From positions 1 to 33,086 of the forward strand of contig KZ539115.1 in NCBI GenBank assembly GCA_000934665.2: a stretch of DNA of 33,086 nucleotides. The letters run 5' to 3'. The stretch's first letter is position 1; each line of letters opens with the position of its first letter. Positions 21,693-32,481 of the stretch are shown here, piece by piece. The position numbers and the translations under genes were made by a program. The notes under the pieces are model-generated. The model made no database searches, was not told the origin of the DNA, and saw only the letters and a program-made list of their open reading frames with translations. The stretch is from Catajapyx aquilonaris (Eukaryota).

Positions 21693-23644
21693 TAGATGGG
21701 AATGAATATTCATTCATTCATACATATAAATCATAAATGCATAAATATGTAAATAAATATGCAAATAAGTAAATGTGTAAAAATAATTGTTAAAATATGA
21801 ATGCATAAATATGTAAATGAATAATTTTTAAATCAATAAATATGTAAACAAGTAATTTTAAAATCAATAAATATGTAAATAAATAATTTTTAAACCAATA
21901 AATATGTAAATAAATAATTTTTAAATTCCCCCTATAATAATAGCCTTATATTTTCCGCCTCCGGAACGCTCCGGAAGGAGAACGGTCCCCGGTGAGTGCT
22001 GCCACCTTCTGATCACGGCACTAAATGATCAGGCCTTGCCAAATTTTGGCTACGGGTGCGCTAGTTAATAAATATGTATACGTAATTTTTAAATGAATGA
22101 AGGAATGAATTAATTAATTGGTAAGTAAAGAAATAAGTTGGTAAATAAATAAATAAATTTGTCAATAAGTAACTATTAATTAATAAATTTATACATACAT
22201 AAATAAATAAAATACAATATTCATTCCAATTATTAAACAAAATAATGGGAATGAATATTATACAATGTAAACTTATTATTAATTAGGGAAAATTTCAGAG
22301 TTGTTTTTTTTTGTATGTTGATGGCTACTAATTAAGAAACATGATTGTGACCCCCCCATACCTGTGATTTGCGTAAACTTGAAGGCAAATATCGCTGGAA
22401 TCTTTGTGATGACATTTCTGGAGAGGTTGCATCTGACCAGTTGGGTGTGACGCATCAGGTAGAAGATCTTCTCCGGGATCTCGATCAAGGTGCATTCGGA
22501 CAGATCTGCCAAAAAAATTGAGATGGGAACATTCCTTTCGTTGATGAGTTAGGCCCACCCAGGACGTGCAAGCATAATTACTAATGAGATTACAACTGGT
22601 GAAGGATTCCTAGGTTGAAGAGAGAGTGACGTGATATGCAATCTTGCATTTCGACGTCAGCTTTTCCGACGGATCTCAAGGGCGACCAGCAAGACTACTG
22701 TCGTTTTGTCAGTGCCTGTCACCTTTTAACAGATGTGCACTTAGACCCAGATATTTGTAGAGTTCAACGGTGTGAAGAGACACGATTATTCAGCAGACTG
22801 ACTCTAGTTGAAGAGGGTCTGTTTCTACACAACAGGTTGCTTCACTAGGCTAATATTTACATTTACAATAGGTCTTTTCACTATTCGTTCTTGAGAAGTT
22901 GAGACAGAAATCTTACAATTGAAACACTCAACAATAAGTAAAGAGAATTTATAGATTTCGTAGTCCATCTCCTAACAAAATTAACTTTGACAAACGAACA
23001 TTTAGTTCAACTATGGCTGACTCTACAAACTACTTGCGCCAAAGCCTATATTTCCTACACTTTGTTGACTCCACCGAAATAAAGATGTTTGTTGTCTCAA
23101 CCCCTTTTAAGTTGACAACAAACTGGAACTGTTTTCACGACCATAAATCAATGCCCTTCTCGCCACAAACACTTATATCAACCCAGTTTTACCAACCTTA
23201 CTAACGAAAAAGCTTGCAACAATGATCAGCAGGTCATTATGGTATCAAAAATTGTGTTAATTTTTAATTAGACAAACTCTACATTCATATTTCCAATGTA
23301 TGGAACATTTTCACCTGGGTATACCCACAAAATGAAGCACCAATAAATAAGTGTCTGGCTACATCCCTACGAAAACAATTGTCTACAAAAATAGTCCCAA
23401 AATTTATGATCTTAATAACAATTTTGCCTATTTTTTGAATCTATAACATGTTGACCATTATCAAATCTTCAGTTATTGTTAATCTTAGGTTAATGTTGGT
23501 TGACCTCTGACCTAGGTCGAGTGAAAGAGTTGCGTCCTGGCATCTCTTGACCGCCCTGATGGTACCGATGGCCGTCTCTGCCGCAGGTACGTCGATCTCT
23601 TCGTCGTCCATGGTCCCATCGTCGTTGGCCGTCTCGCTCGCCAT
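17630..23644 (-). CDS. LRRC20: Leucine-rich repeat-containing protein 20-like, 4 coding exons, 216 aa
   Basis: Exons 23512-23644, 22362-22505, 17994-18161 and 17630-17835 are GT-AG with phase-1 junctions and sum to 651 nt. The protein reads RAVKRCQDA..LDL|DLSECTLIEIPEKIFYLMRHTQLVRCNLSRNVITKIPAIFAFKFTQIT|ELNLYKNRLTKLPDEL...LQELDLRDNPL, typical of arthropod LRRC20. There is an in-frame stop upstream of ATG 23644. Confidence 0.88.
19231..19488 (+). mobile_element. Non-autonomous Helentron/DINE-1-like rolling-circle element
   Basis: The 5' end ACTATCAGGATACCCAGCGTTGCTCGGG carries a short stem-loop and the 3' end is TATGTATAAGAT. It is inserted in a (TTTA)n tract between array units with no TSD. 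Confidence 0.55.
19529..19768. mobile_element. hAT-superfamily MITE, 240 bp
   Basis: TIRs TAGGGCTGTGCGATAT / ATATCGCACAGCCCTA, perfect 8-bp TSD TTTGTTAG (19521-19528 and 19769-19776), and dense internal TCGAT repeats. Confidence 0.93.
21324..21692 (+). mobile_element. tRNA-derived SINE with (TTA)n tail
   Basis: A-box-like TGGTAGCGGAGGGG, anticodon-loop-like CTGCTAA and perfect B box GGTTCGAATCC (21382-21392). The body contains GGCCACAGCCGCTTCCTTCC, a motif common in arthropod SINEs. A GC-rich 3' segment precedes an about 78-bp (TTA)n tail. Confidence 0.88.
21720..22260. repeat. AT-rich degenerate tandem repeat (about 31-bp unit AATAAATATGTAAATAAATAATTTTTAAATC)
   Basis: Several copies at about 21800-21925, resuming after 22064. 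Confidence 0.8.
21926..22064 (+). mobile_element. Miniature Helitron-like element (139 bp)
   Basis: A GC-rich insert between A and T of the AT-rich repeat; removing it restores a repeat unit. It begins TTCCCCCTATAATAATAG and ends with hairpin GCCAAATTTTGGC followed by CTAG. No TSD. Confidence 0.65.
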
Positions 23645-24009
23645 CCTAGCCACTTCTGAAGGTCCAACATTCCAGAAGACTGCTTTTTGGGGACACCTGA
23701 TTTATTCTTGGGAGCTCTCCCAGGGGTGTCTCCCCCCACCCCTTCTTCTACTTCTGAATTAAAGTTGATGCATAGTGTGCACAAATCTTTCTTGGCCACG
23801 TTTCGCAATAATAATGCGTTGCATCACATATACCGCATAAAGAATGTTTCTTACCGCTTTAAACTAAATGTCATTAGCTGTGTCAACAACTGATGAAGTT
23901 CGAAAATGAGACAGAAACAAACTTATAGAGTTATGATTTTAAAATGTGACGTTGAGGTCAAAATGTTCCAACGTCATTGCCCGTCACTGATGTGTTGTGA
24001 TGAAATGTC

Positions 24010-24140
24010 GGTATGGTTCTGTGGTATGGTATATGTCGTTTTGTGGTGTGGTATGGTATGTCATTCTATGGTAAAGTAAGTCATTCTAATGTGTGGTATG
24101 TCATTCTATGGTATTCTTATCATGGTGTATGTTGGTATTA
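24010..24140. repeat. Degenerate pentanucleotide microsatellite (TATGG/TGTGG/TGTCA)
   Basis: Five-bp periodicity is directly visible. Confidence 0.75.
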
Positions 24141-24732
24141 TGTCGTAACACCAGGATTTCATCAGAATCTTACCACTGATGCAATCACCAAAAACCCACG
24201 TCTTCCGGTTAACTCATAACCATGCCAACACTTATTACGCACACTGGAAACTGATTACCACAACTTTATCCAATGTGGAATCAGCAGAAAATACTGGGAC
24301 AAGTGATGCTGGTGCAGTGTAAGCACTTCTAACACCTCTACTAATATAAAAGATTGTGAGCAGACTTGAGAGAAAAACTAAGGGAGAGAAGCCAAAGGAT
24401 GAGTCTAACTAGTTAATGAACGATCTAAGAACCATGCCAAGAAAGAATTCTTCTAACTCCAGAAGCCACCCACAAAATAATCCAGGGGGCTATACATCAC
24501 TAGACAATTTTCCCACTGATATAATCCCATCCGAAACATTTGTCTGGTGGTGCCAAGTCACCATGGCCGCAGTACATCATCATGGCGACGGCCTCAAGAT
24601 GTCGCAAGATTATTATTACTTCACTGTGTCGTCCCTGGGAAGATGCTGGAGGATTTTCATGTCTTTTGGCGAAAGGTATACACAAAAGGCCTCAAAAAGA
24701 CGGTTTTTTTGGTGAAGCAGCACCTGAACCAT

Positions 24733-24952
24733 AAGGTGAAGTGGGGTAAGTGCATACACGGGGTAAGTGCATATACACGGGGCCGCCATATTGAAATGAA
24801 AATGGCTGACGACAACAAAACGTCAGGCACTCTTTTGTGTAACTGCACATCACATCCCCACAAGAGGTGAGCAATGTCAGCCATTTTCATTCCAATATGG
24901 CGGCCAGTTTATGCATACTTACCCCGTGTATGCACTTACCCCACTTCACCTT
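24733..24952. mobile_element. MITE with about 78-bp imperfect TIRs, possibly pogo/Tc1-like
   Basis: AAGGTGAAGTGGGGTAAGTGCATACACGGGGTAAGT...GGCCGCCATATTG..ATGAAAATGGCTGAC, mirrored at about 24876-24952. The flanks are TA-rich and the TSD is ambiguous. Confidence 0.85.
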
Positions 24953-25049
24953 TATATCAAACAAAAAATAAAATAATGGAATATTCAATTATATTTTATT
25001 TTTTTGTTTGATATAATTGTTTTTAAATATTTTCTTATGGATATTTATG

Positions 25050-25445
25050 TGAGGGTTATGGCCTCAAAAGGTCCGGGAGGACCACCACCAGGCTCCTTCC
25101 TGGCTCTTTTCCAGTCGGATTTTTCTGGAGAACCTGAACCACTCTTTAGATATCCCAGCGACACAGCCTGAATTATATTTATGTGTAATTTGTTAATATT
25201 TAATAAATTATTAATTCATATACTATTTTCTTAACGTTTTCTTTGAGGGTTATGGACTCGAAAGGTCCGGTTGCACCACCTCCAGGAAAGTTTTTCTGGG
25301 TCTTTTCCATCCGGATTTTACTGGAGAACCATTCTTTAATTTTGCTTAATTTTTTAAATGTTTTCGTTGAGGGTTATGGACGCGAAAGGTCCGGTTGCAC
25401 CACCTCCAGGAAATTTTTTCTGGCTCTTTTCCAGCCAGATTTTTT
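25050..25445. repeat. Three copies of an about 75-bp GC-rich unit separated by AT-rich spacers
   Basis: TGAGGGTTATGG(A)C.CGAAAGGTCCGG...CACCACC.CCAGG...CTGG.TCTTTTCCA..C.GATTTT near 25050, 25244 and 25368. Confidence 0.85.
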
Positions 25446-26443
25446 TTCTTGTAGCCAGAAACTGTACGACATTCCCATGTCATACGGATGCTTGGAACCT
25501 ACTTCTTAGCACAGATTCCATCGCGATCATATCTTTACTATCTCACGTTTTGTCGCACTTTTTGCGGCGAAGTGTCACACACTCTACATCAGATAACCAC
25601 TCCCCAGCCCCCCACACACACACGCAAAACCCTGCTGCATATTTGGGACGTCATATGGCGGATGTGTCTGAAAATAATTAAGATGTCTCCTATATGCAGC
25701 GGTGTATAATTGGATGCAAGTTATGAAATCGTCCCTATTTCAATGTGTGTCAGGTAATAGCTGGAATGTGTTTATTCCTTATTGCACATACTTTTCCTCA
25801 AACTTTTTCCTCAAAAACGAAGCAAAATTGTTCGTTTAAATTTATGGGCAAGTTATAGATACAGTCATGTCTGTAGTGTTATTGTACATTTTTACGTAAT
25901 TTTCAAAAATACATTTTTTTGAAATATCAAAGGTCATGGATTTTGACCCCCATAAAAATGTCTTGAAACATAGCTTTTTTTAAATTTAAAATATAGATTG
26001 CAAAGTAGTTCCCTTTCCTAAAAATTTGATACTAAAATAATTAAGGTAAGATAAATAACTACTCGGGAATAAATCCATTTCGAAACACGTGTATTCGATT
26101 TTTGGAATTTTTCATTTGCTTGTAACTTGTGAACTACTGACCCCAAGATTCAAGAATGTATATGTTATATTTCATTGTTATGGTGTAAGTTTATATTCCA
26201 ATTTTCAGTTTTATTTAAAAATAGAGGGGGTGAATCTTAGGTTTTTTTGGGGGGTGAATCTTAGGTTTTTTTTTGGGGGTGATCTCACATTGAATTACCC
26301 AACCCTGCGACCAGTCTGCAATCCCACCTTTGCATTGGCTGGGAAATATGCATTTGCCCACCTCACAACCTACCCATACCTTTGCAATTTTGAAAAACCC
26401 AAATTTATTATTGTATGAACAGAAATTCACTACCTCTATACCG

Positions 26444-26492
26444 CAGTGGTTTCCAACCTGGGGGTCGCGGGCAGGGTCACGGGGGGTCGCGA
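26444..26492 (+). mobile_element. hAT-Charlie-like terminal fragment
   Basis: CAGTGGTTTCCAACCTGGGGGTCGCG...GGGGGTCGCGA is a typical Charlie/Buster-type end. The other end was not found. Confidence 0.55.
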
Positions 26493-26567
26493 GCCTTTGT
26501 TCGACTTGTTTCTTTTCTTTTGAAATTTCTGTGTAAATTGAACCATTTTTGCTGCCGTACAGAGTGT

Positions 26568-26783
26568 GGGCCGAATTCAGAGAGGTTGCTTAACGTAAAC
26601 GCGCCCGATTAAATCCTTTAGTCAGCCTCTATTATCAAATTTAATTAACCTGCTAATACAAAGACGGCGATTAGCGCTAAACGCCCCCTAATCGCACTTG
26701 CTATAGTACTTTTTGCTAATCGAGGATGACTAAAGGATTTAATCGGGCGCGTTTACGTTAAACAACCTCTCTGAATTCGGCCC
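26568..26783. mobile_element. PIF/Harbinger-like MITE with about 70-bp TIRs
   Basis: GGGCCGAATTCAGAGAGGTTG.TTAACGTAAACGCGCCCGATTAAATCCTTTAGTCA.CCTC with its reverse complement ending at 26783. GGGCC termini; the 3-bp flanks TGT and TAT differ by one base. Confidence 0.88.
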
Positions 26784-26790
26784 TATATAT

Positions 26791-26930
26791 CGTACCAAGA
26801 GCTAATGATCGTACCCATACCCCCTGCGTATCCGCTGAAGATAGGCGTGTATCCGCTGAAGATAGGGCTGTATCCGCAACGAAGGAAGGTTAGGTTAGGT
26901 TGGGTTAGTACATCGTACCCCTACCCCCTG
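26791..26930. repeat. Short element with tandem GTATCCGCTGAAGATAGG units and an interstitial (TTAGG)n-like tract
   Basis: Direct repeats ATCGTACCC(A/C)TACCCCCTGC flank about 2.5 tandem units and AGGTTAGGTTAGGTTGGGTTAG (about 26887-26908). Confidence 0.7.
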
Positions 26931-27212
26931 CCACACGAAACAGCGACAATGAATATTCCAGGACTGAAATATTGGCACTCTTGCTATATGTATTTAGTAC
27001 TACAGTGTATACACTTTGATGCATATAATATATGCACACAAGATGAATTTAAACAGAGGAAGCATACATGAAGTAATGTAGGATGCTACGATTACAGTAA
27101 TTTTATGAAATAATTGACTTACAAGCAGTTACAAGTAATATTCGATGCATAGCAAAGCTGTAGGGGCCGAGCATTTGGGCTGCAGCAGTGATTTTTTTTT
27201 TAAGGTATATAG

Positions 27213-27800
27213 TAGGGTGGTTCCATTTCAGATCAGCCAGTGAGTGAAAAAAGGTGTCAGGTCATAGTCATCGTTTTTTTTGAAAAAAAAATACATGTGA
27301 AACCCAGATCCAATTGAACCCTTATGGAGCAATCAGTTTTACCAGATTAAATTTAGTTATCGAGATATTAATATTTCTTTCAAGGGGTACCAAAATCACA
27401 ATCACGCGAAGACGCACTTTTTCCCGCTTCTTCCATTGCTTTCAATGAGGATATCTCGGGAACTGTTCTGAAAAGCAACATGAAATTTTAAACTCATGCT
27501 CTTGGAATAACACACTGTCATTTAATGCATAAATTTACTATATTTAATGATACAGTCACCTGCAAAAAAAAATCACCAATCTTGCATATTTTGGTCAAAA
27601 TGCGCATATTTCGCAATTTATTACGCCGTTTGATGGTTGTGCTGATTATATTTTGTGATATACTCGGTGACCCCCTCCAGGCTATGAAATAAAACCTTTG
27701 TTAGCTCCGCGTGTAGCTGAGATATGAAAATATGGCAACAAGCGAAAACATGCATATTTCAAAAATGATTTTCTCAAAGAAGCCATTTTTAATATTTTAT
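27213..27800 (+). mobile_element. Possible left arm of a DNA transposon with a hATm-like TAGGGTG terminus
   Basis: Begins TAGGGTGGTTCCATTTC and contains CGAGATAT/GATATCTCG/GAGATAT motifs common in long-TIR elements. No right end was identified, so the end coordinate is approximate. Confidence 0.3.
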
Positions 27801-28423
27801 TTTTATTTTTATTTTACAAGGACGGACATGTTATAAAATTAACTGGTGTCAAAACCCTGTATATATTTTTTACACGTGAGATACAAATTTTTGTAGTCAC
27901 AACTTTCGTAATAATTGTGCTACAGTATATGCACGCGACGCAGTCAAAAGATGAGTGCTTCATTCTCTATAGCTGCTGCCCATATGTCACCGAAATAAGC
28001 CGCCACTTGGCGGCCTCTTTCGCCACAGCAGGGCTATTGTCATCCATCCACTTGGGGTCATCCAGACCTGCAATAAACCACATCATCATTACACTCTGTT
28101 TTAGGTAGTAGTGGTCTACACCTGTGTGTAGCATGTAATTCACACTCATACAGTAGATAAAATGTATGCTACTCACCAAATGGGTCTCGGTTTGGCCTGT
28201 AGCACCTCCAGCATTGGCAGAATGGTGATAGCGGAGCACCTCGCCCTGTACACAGAAGGTCAATCATTGAGTTAGTATTCGTTGTATTAGAATTATTATA
28301 TTGGAAGGACATTCCATCGAGAAAGTGCCGTTGTTTCTAATAGTTTTGAGGTCAACCTATGGGTGATAATAACCCTCACAACCTGGTGGCCTCAAAGCCT
28401 TCTCCGGGGGGGGGGGGGGGGGG

Positions 28424-28433
28424 NNNNNNNNNN
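28424..28433. other. Assembly gap
   Basis: Ten Ns preceded by a poly-G run. Confidence 0.99.
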
Positions 28434-28692
28434 TCGAGGGTGGCCGCGATCGTGTTAATGAATTTAAAAATAACTATATCCTCCTGAGACCTGATGTCCA
28501 AAACGAAATAATATTTATGATGTATGTATACTTTGATTGGTTTATAAGCTCATTCACATCTTCATCTCATAGAAAAGACCTATTACCTATGACTTTATCA
28601 TGATGAGCACCATGATCTGCTGACGATGGAAAGTTGGGAATCTTTGACCCTAGATGACCTCCTACAACACTAAAATTAATAATTATAAAAAT

Positions 28693-29931
28693 GGGTCATT
28701 CCATGTCAATTCAGGAAATTGCTGTGGCTCGACCCCTTTCGATTTTGTTTAAAAAAATTACATGTGTATAGCCATGCAGGACTTAATGTCAAATCCAAAA
28801 CTGTATGCCTACACTCCTGGAGTTATATTTCACCGAGATATAAGCATGACAATCTCAACAATGTACACACACCGCCATAATTTTTTTATAATTTTCGTAC
28901 CGGTACTTCATCTTCAGTTGTCGCCAGAGCCTTCAAGTTTCGCAATTTTTGCGAGAACAACACATATTACATTATGCAGCACAATTTTTGTCCATGGAAA
29001 TTCATCGCAATGTCCATGTTGGTTAGGTCACTCGTAACTCATTATTGACCGTTCATTTTGTCTGGTATTTGTTTTTGACCTTGGGGCAGTTGCAGTCAAA
29101 AAACCAAATTCCTCGAAATAGTGCATGTGGGTCATTCCGAATCAAGTGGGCCGAAATGTTGCTAGACCATCTCGGAATTTGCTGAAAAATATCACCGCTG
29201 TACATGACTACTATGCCATAACACGTCATGCCCAGTTTCAGCCAAATTACGCAATACCATTGGGAGGAGAAAAAAAATCGCGAAATTGAGGAAAATAGTG
29301 AAAATCAGGCCCTTTCGGATATTTTTTTCGGTTAGTGGAAATGGTCAAACACTAATAAGGAATGCATCAAATGAAAGAGAATCATGAGGGGAATGCACCT
29401 ATGAAATTAGTTTTTCTCTAAAGTGTAACCAGAAAATTTCAAAATTCTTGGACATGTGACTTAGCATGTGACCCAAGATGTGACCGATGGAATGCCACGC
29501 ACATATTTCTGGTCACATCTTAGAGGAGAACTAATTCGATAGGCGCATTCCCCTCGTGATCCTCTTTCATTTTGATGTATTGCTTATTGGTGTTTGACCA
29601 CTTCCACAAACCGAAAAAATTATCCAAAAGGGCCTGATTTTCACTAATTTCCTAAATTTCGCGATTATTTCCCCCTCCCAATGGTATTGCGTAATTTGGC
29701 TGAAACTTGACATGACGTGTTATGCCATAGTCATGTACAGCGATGATATTTTTCAGCAAATTCCGAGCTGGTCTAGCAACAGTTCGGCCTACTTGATTCG
29801 GAATGACCCATACACAGTATTTCGAGGAATTTGGTTTTTTTGACTGCAACTGCCCCAAGGTTGATGCATCATGTAAACAAAATCGAACCACAAATTTTCT
29901 GAGAATTTACTGAATTGACATGGAATGACCC
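28693..29931. mobile_element. Sola1-like non-autonomous element containing a nested related element within a long fold-back
   Basis: Outer TIRs GGGTCATTCCATGTCAATTCAG with 4-bp TSD AAAT (28689-28692 and 29932-29935), fitting the AWWT TSD of Sola1. Inner GGGTCATTCC...GGAATGACCC ends at 29129 and 29809. Inverted arms span about 29078-29435 and 29507-29861. Confidence 0.8.
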
Positions 29932-31501
29932 AAATAATAAAATATTCTATACAGTACCTGATGTAGGCCTAGTAACAGCAACAGCAACAGCAACACCAGC
30001 AGCAACAACAAAAGAAGTAAGCATGATTTCTACTGATGACTGCTGTCAATCGCTCCAGACCAACTACTGGACAACTACTCTCTTCAACGACTGCTCCCTC
30101 GTTCCTTTTATGTCCTCAAGAATACGGTAGTTCCTATATCTGATGGTTCCCCATGCTCAATTTCGGATATTCCCAAGATCATTATCTCTGGAGAGTGGAT
30201 GCTCTTGGTATAGTCTATATATATTTATCACGCCTACTTAATCCACTTCCTGGCTACCGAGAGAGCACTGGAATTTTTGGGCCTAAATTTGGTTCCAGCA
30301 AAATGCGGCGGAAAGTGAAACGGCGTAAAATGAAACAACATTATAATATGGCAAGTAATAAATGAAGATAGGTTCCAAAAATTTCCAAAAATTTCTCTCA
30401 GACAGTACGGGATTTTGTTGGTATGAGGGAAGGGGCCGGCGACAGGTTTGGAATGCCTTTCTTTCCCGACCTGAGGCCAAGATGAACCAAAAATAGGATG
30501 AGGTCAACGGCTGGACCAGGCCGGTTTGGGCGCTAGTTTCATGACATGTATTGCAGGTTGATCACCAGTAGTCCAACAACAGCAGTCCAAATAAATTACC
30601 CCTCAACTACAAATGAACAATGAATTAGTGCTGCATTAATTGACTATAGGGTCTAGTTGCCAAAATTGGGCACAAAATTAGGCAAAAGGACGAAAGTGGA
30701 GGGTGCTGGAAGCCGCGACATCCGACGGTGATGCGCAGAAGTAAGCGAGTCGGCCGTATCCAGCCGGTAACGCCACCTAGCCCGTAACACCAGAAATGGG
30801 AATTCCGTGGTCGGCCTTTTTCCGTTTTTTTTTCATTCTTTTGAGCTTTACGAAGTTCCTCGGCACTGTTTCCAAAAAAAAGAAGTTTATTACAAATATA
30901 GAAAACGCGGGCTAAATTTTGACACCATTCCTAATGCTGTAAGCCGTACACAGCGGGAGGAGTTGCTCTCACAGTAGGGTATTAATAATTATATTTAAAA
31001 AGCATACTAGAAAACCCCCTCGAATTTTTATATGGCGCTGGCCAAGTAAACCCCTCGCTTCGCTGGTTTTTTTCTAGGCCTGCGGCCTGTGGTGGAGGAG
31101 GATTGTGTTTCAAAAATAGCGTATATCATTGTAGCGGCGATTTTTAGCGGTTACGATACCGGGCCGTTTTTCAATAGCGTTCCGTGTCCAAACTGCAGCC
31201 ACCGGAATGCGGCCGCAATTTTTTTAAAGATGGCTGCTATAATTAGTAAGGTTCTGCAAAATCTTGTTTAACTTAATTTCGGTGCAGTAAGATAGTTACC
31301 TTCCAAGGATAATCGTGTTTAGCGTGATGCTGGCTGCTGTGTTGGGGTAAAATAGGGGGTGATTGTTGCACAGGAATTGCGTACTGCAAGTAACACATTG
31401 AAACGACATCAACTGCTTTTGTGTAATGTGCACATAAGCATGTGAATATATATTTAAAAAAAAAATATTTTAACAGGTAGATGACGTCTCTTGAGGAAAA
31501 C

Positions 31502-32481
31502 ATGGCTGAAAACAAGAGGCCCAATTTTTCTACAGCAGAACGTATGTTTATATTGGATCTGGTGGCGGGAAGTACTGGAGCATCATTGACGATAAGAGGA
31601 CGGACACACCCAGTAATAGAAAAACGGAGGCATGGTGGTACATGATAGGTGAAGCGTACAACAAGCATTTTACATACACCCCCAGAAGTTGGAAACAACT
31701 CTGTCGTTGTTATCAGGTACATGCTGTAATATTAGCACATGACAATTCCGCAGTTAGGCATGATGCAACAGTGGTTTCTGCGATAACCTCAACAGAATAT
31801 GAGGAGCATTGCTAGAAGAGAACATGCAGATGACAATTTGGGGAAGAAGACAATGGGTGCAGCGTGTGTGTCCAAAGTCACCTTCGTTTCAAAGAGAGTC
31901 GGGCAAATGTGTCAAGACTTTAAGTCTCGTAAACCCGAGAATCGCAACACATTCATTGTGGCAAGTGACGTTATTGAGGAGTAGCATATGACATGAGCAG
32001 TTTATGTTAATAACTATTTCTGGATATTAGGTGAAAATCAGGAGATGCAACTGAAGGTTGAAGATAATCTGCCGGAGATGGTAAGATCAATCAGTTCCTT
32101 GTTAAATTAAGCTGCGAGACATGCTGTACATTTTTCTTTAATACACAGGATGAAGATTATCCCTTGGGCATTAACGAGTGGAGATTGCACGAAATAGAAT
32201 CCGGCAGTAACCCCATGTCTGATTTGGACCAAACTGCATGCAACGCGAGGCCATCATCGGCCATAACCAAACAGTTCAGTACAGTCGCAACCAATACTTC
32301 AGTCCAAGCAATGACAATCAACGAGGTGCGTCTGATGCACATGGAGGAAGTAGAGCACAACCTGAGGATGTCCCATATGAGAACCGAGCATGACTTGCGT
32401 GTACGCCTTTTAGAAGCGCAACTGAAGCAAGTGGAAGCTGTGTGTACTCTGCTCAGTATTAAATTGCGATGCCAAGAGTGA
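31502..32481 (+). pseudogene. Myb/SANT-like DNA-binding domain protein (MSANTD3/FSBP/Harbinger-type), 4 exons, one frameshift at about 31568
   Basis: Exons 31502-31716, 31796-31856, 32031-32080 and 32149-32481 are GT-AG with consistent phases. The corrected translation is MAENKRPNFSTAERMFILDLVA/KYWSIIDDKRTDTPSNRKTEAWWYMIGEAYNKHFTYTPRSWKQLCRCYQ|NMRSIARRE, with a C-terminal coiled segment EVEHNLRMSHMRTEHDLRVRLLEAQL. The gene could be intact if the indel is a sequencing error. Confidence 0.8.

Noticed and set aside
21436..21713. Poly-Leu and poly-Asn ORFs
   Set aside because: They are translations of the SINE (TTA)n tail.
24416..24730. Possible decayed coding fragment (OTU-like or transposon protein)
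   Set aside because: Only a vague resemblance across several frames, with no convincing motif.
30150..30500. Possible degenerate transposase, either Merlin-like or the Harbinger nuclease partner of the Myb/SANT gene
   Set aside because: It has multiple stops and no identifiable DDE motifs, so it cannot be supported without a search.
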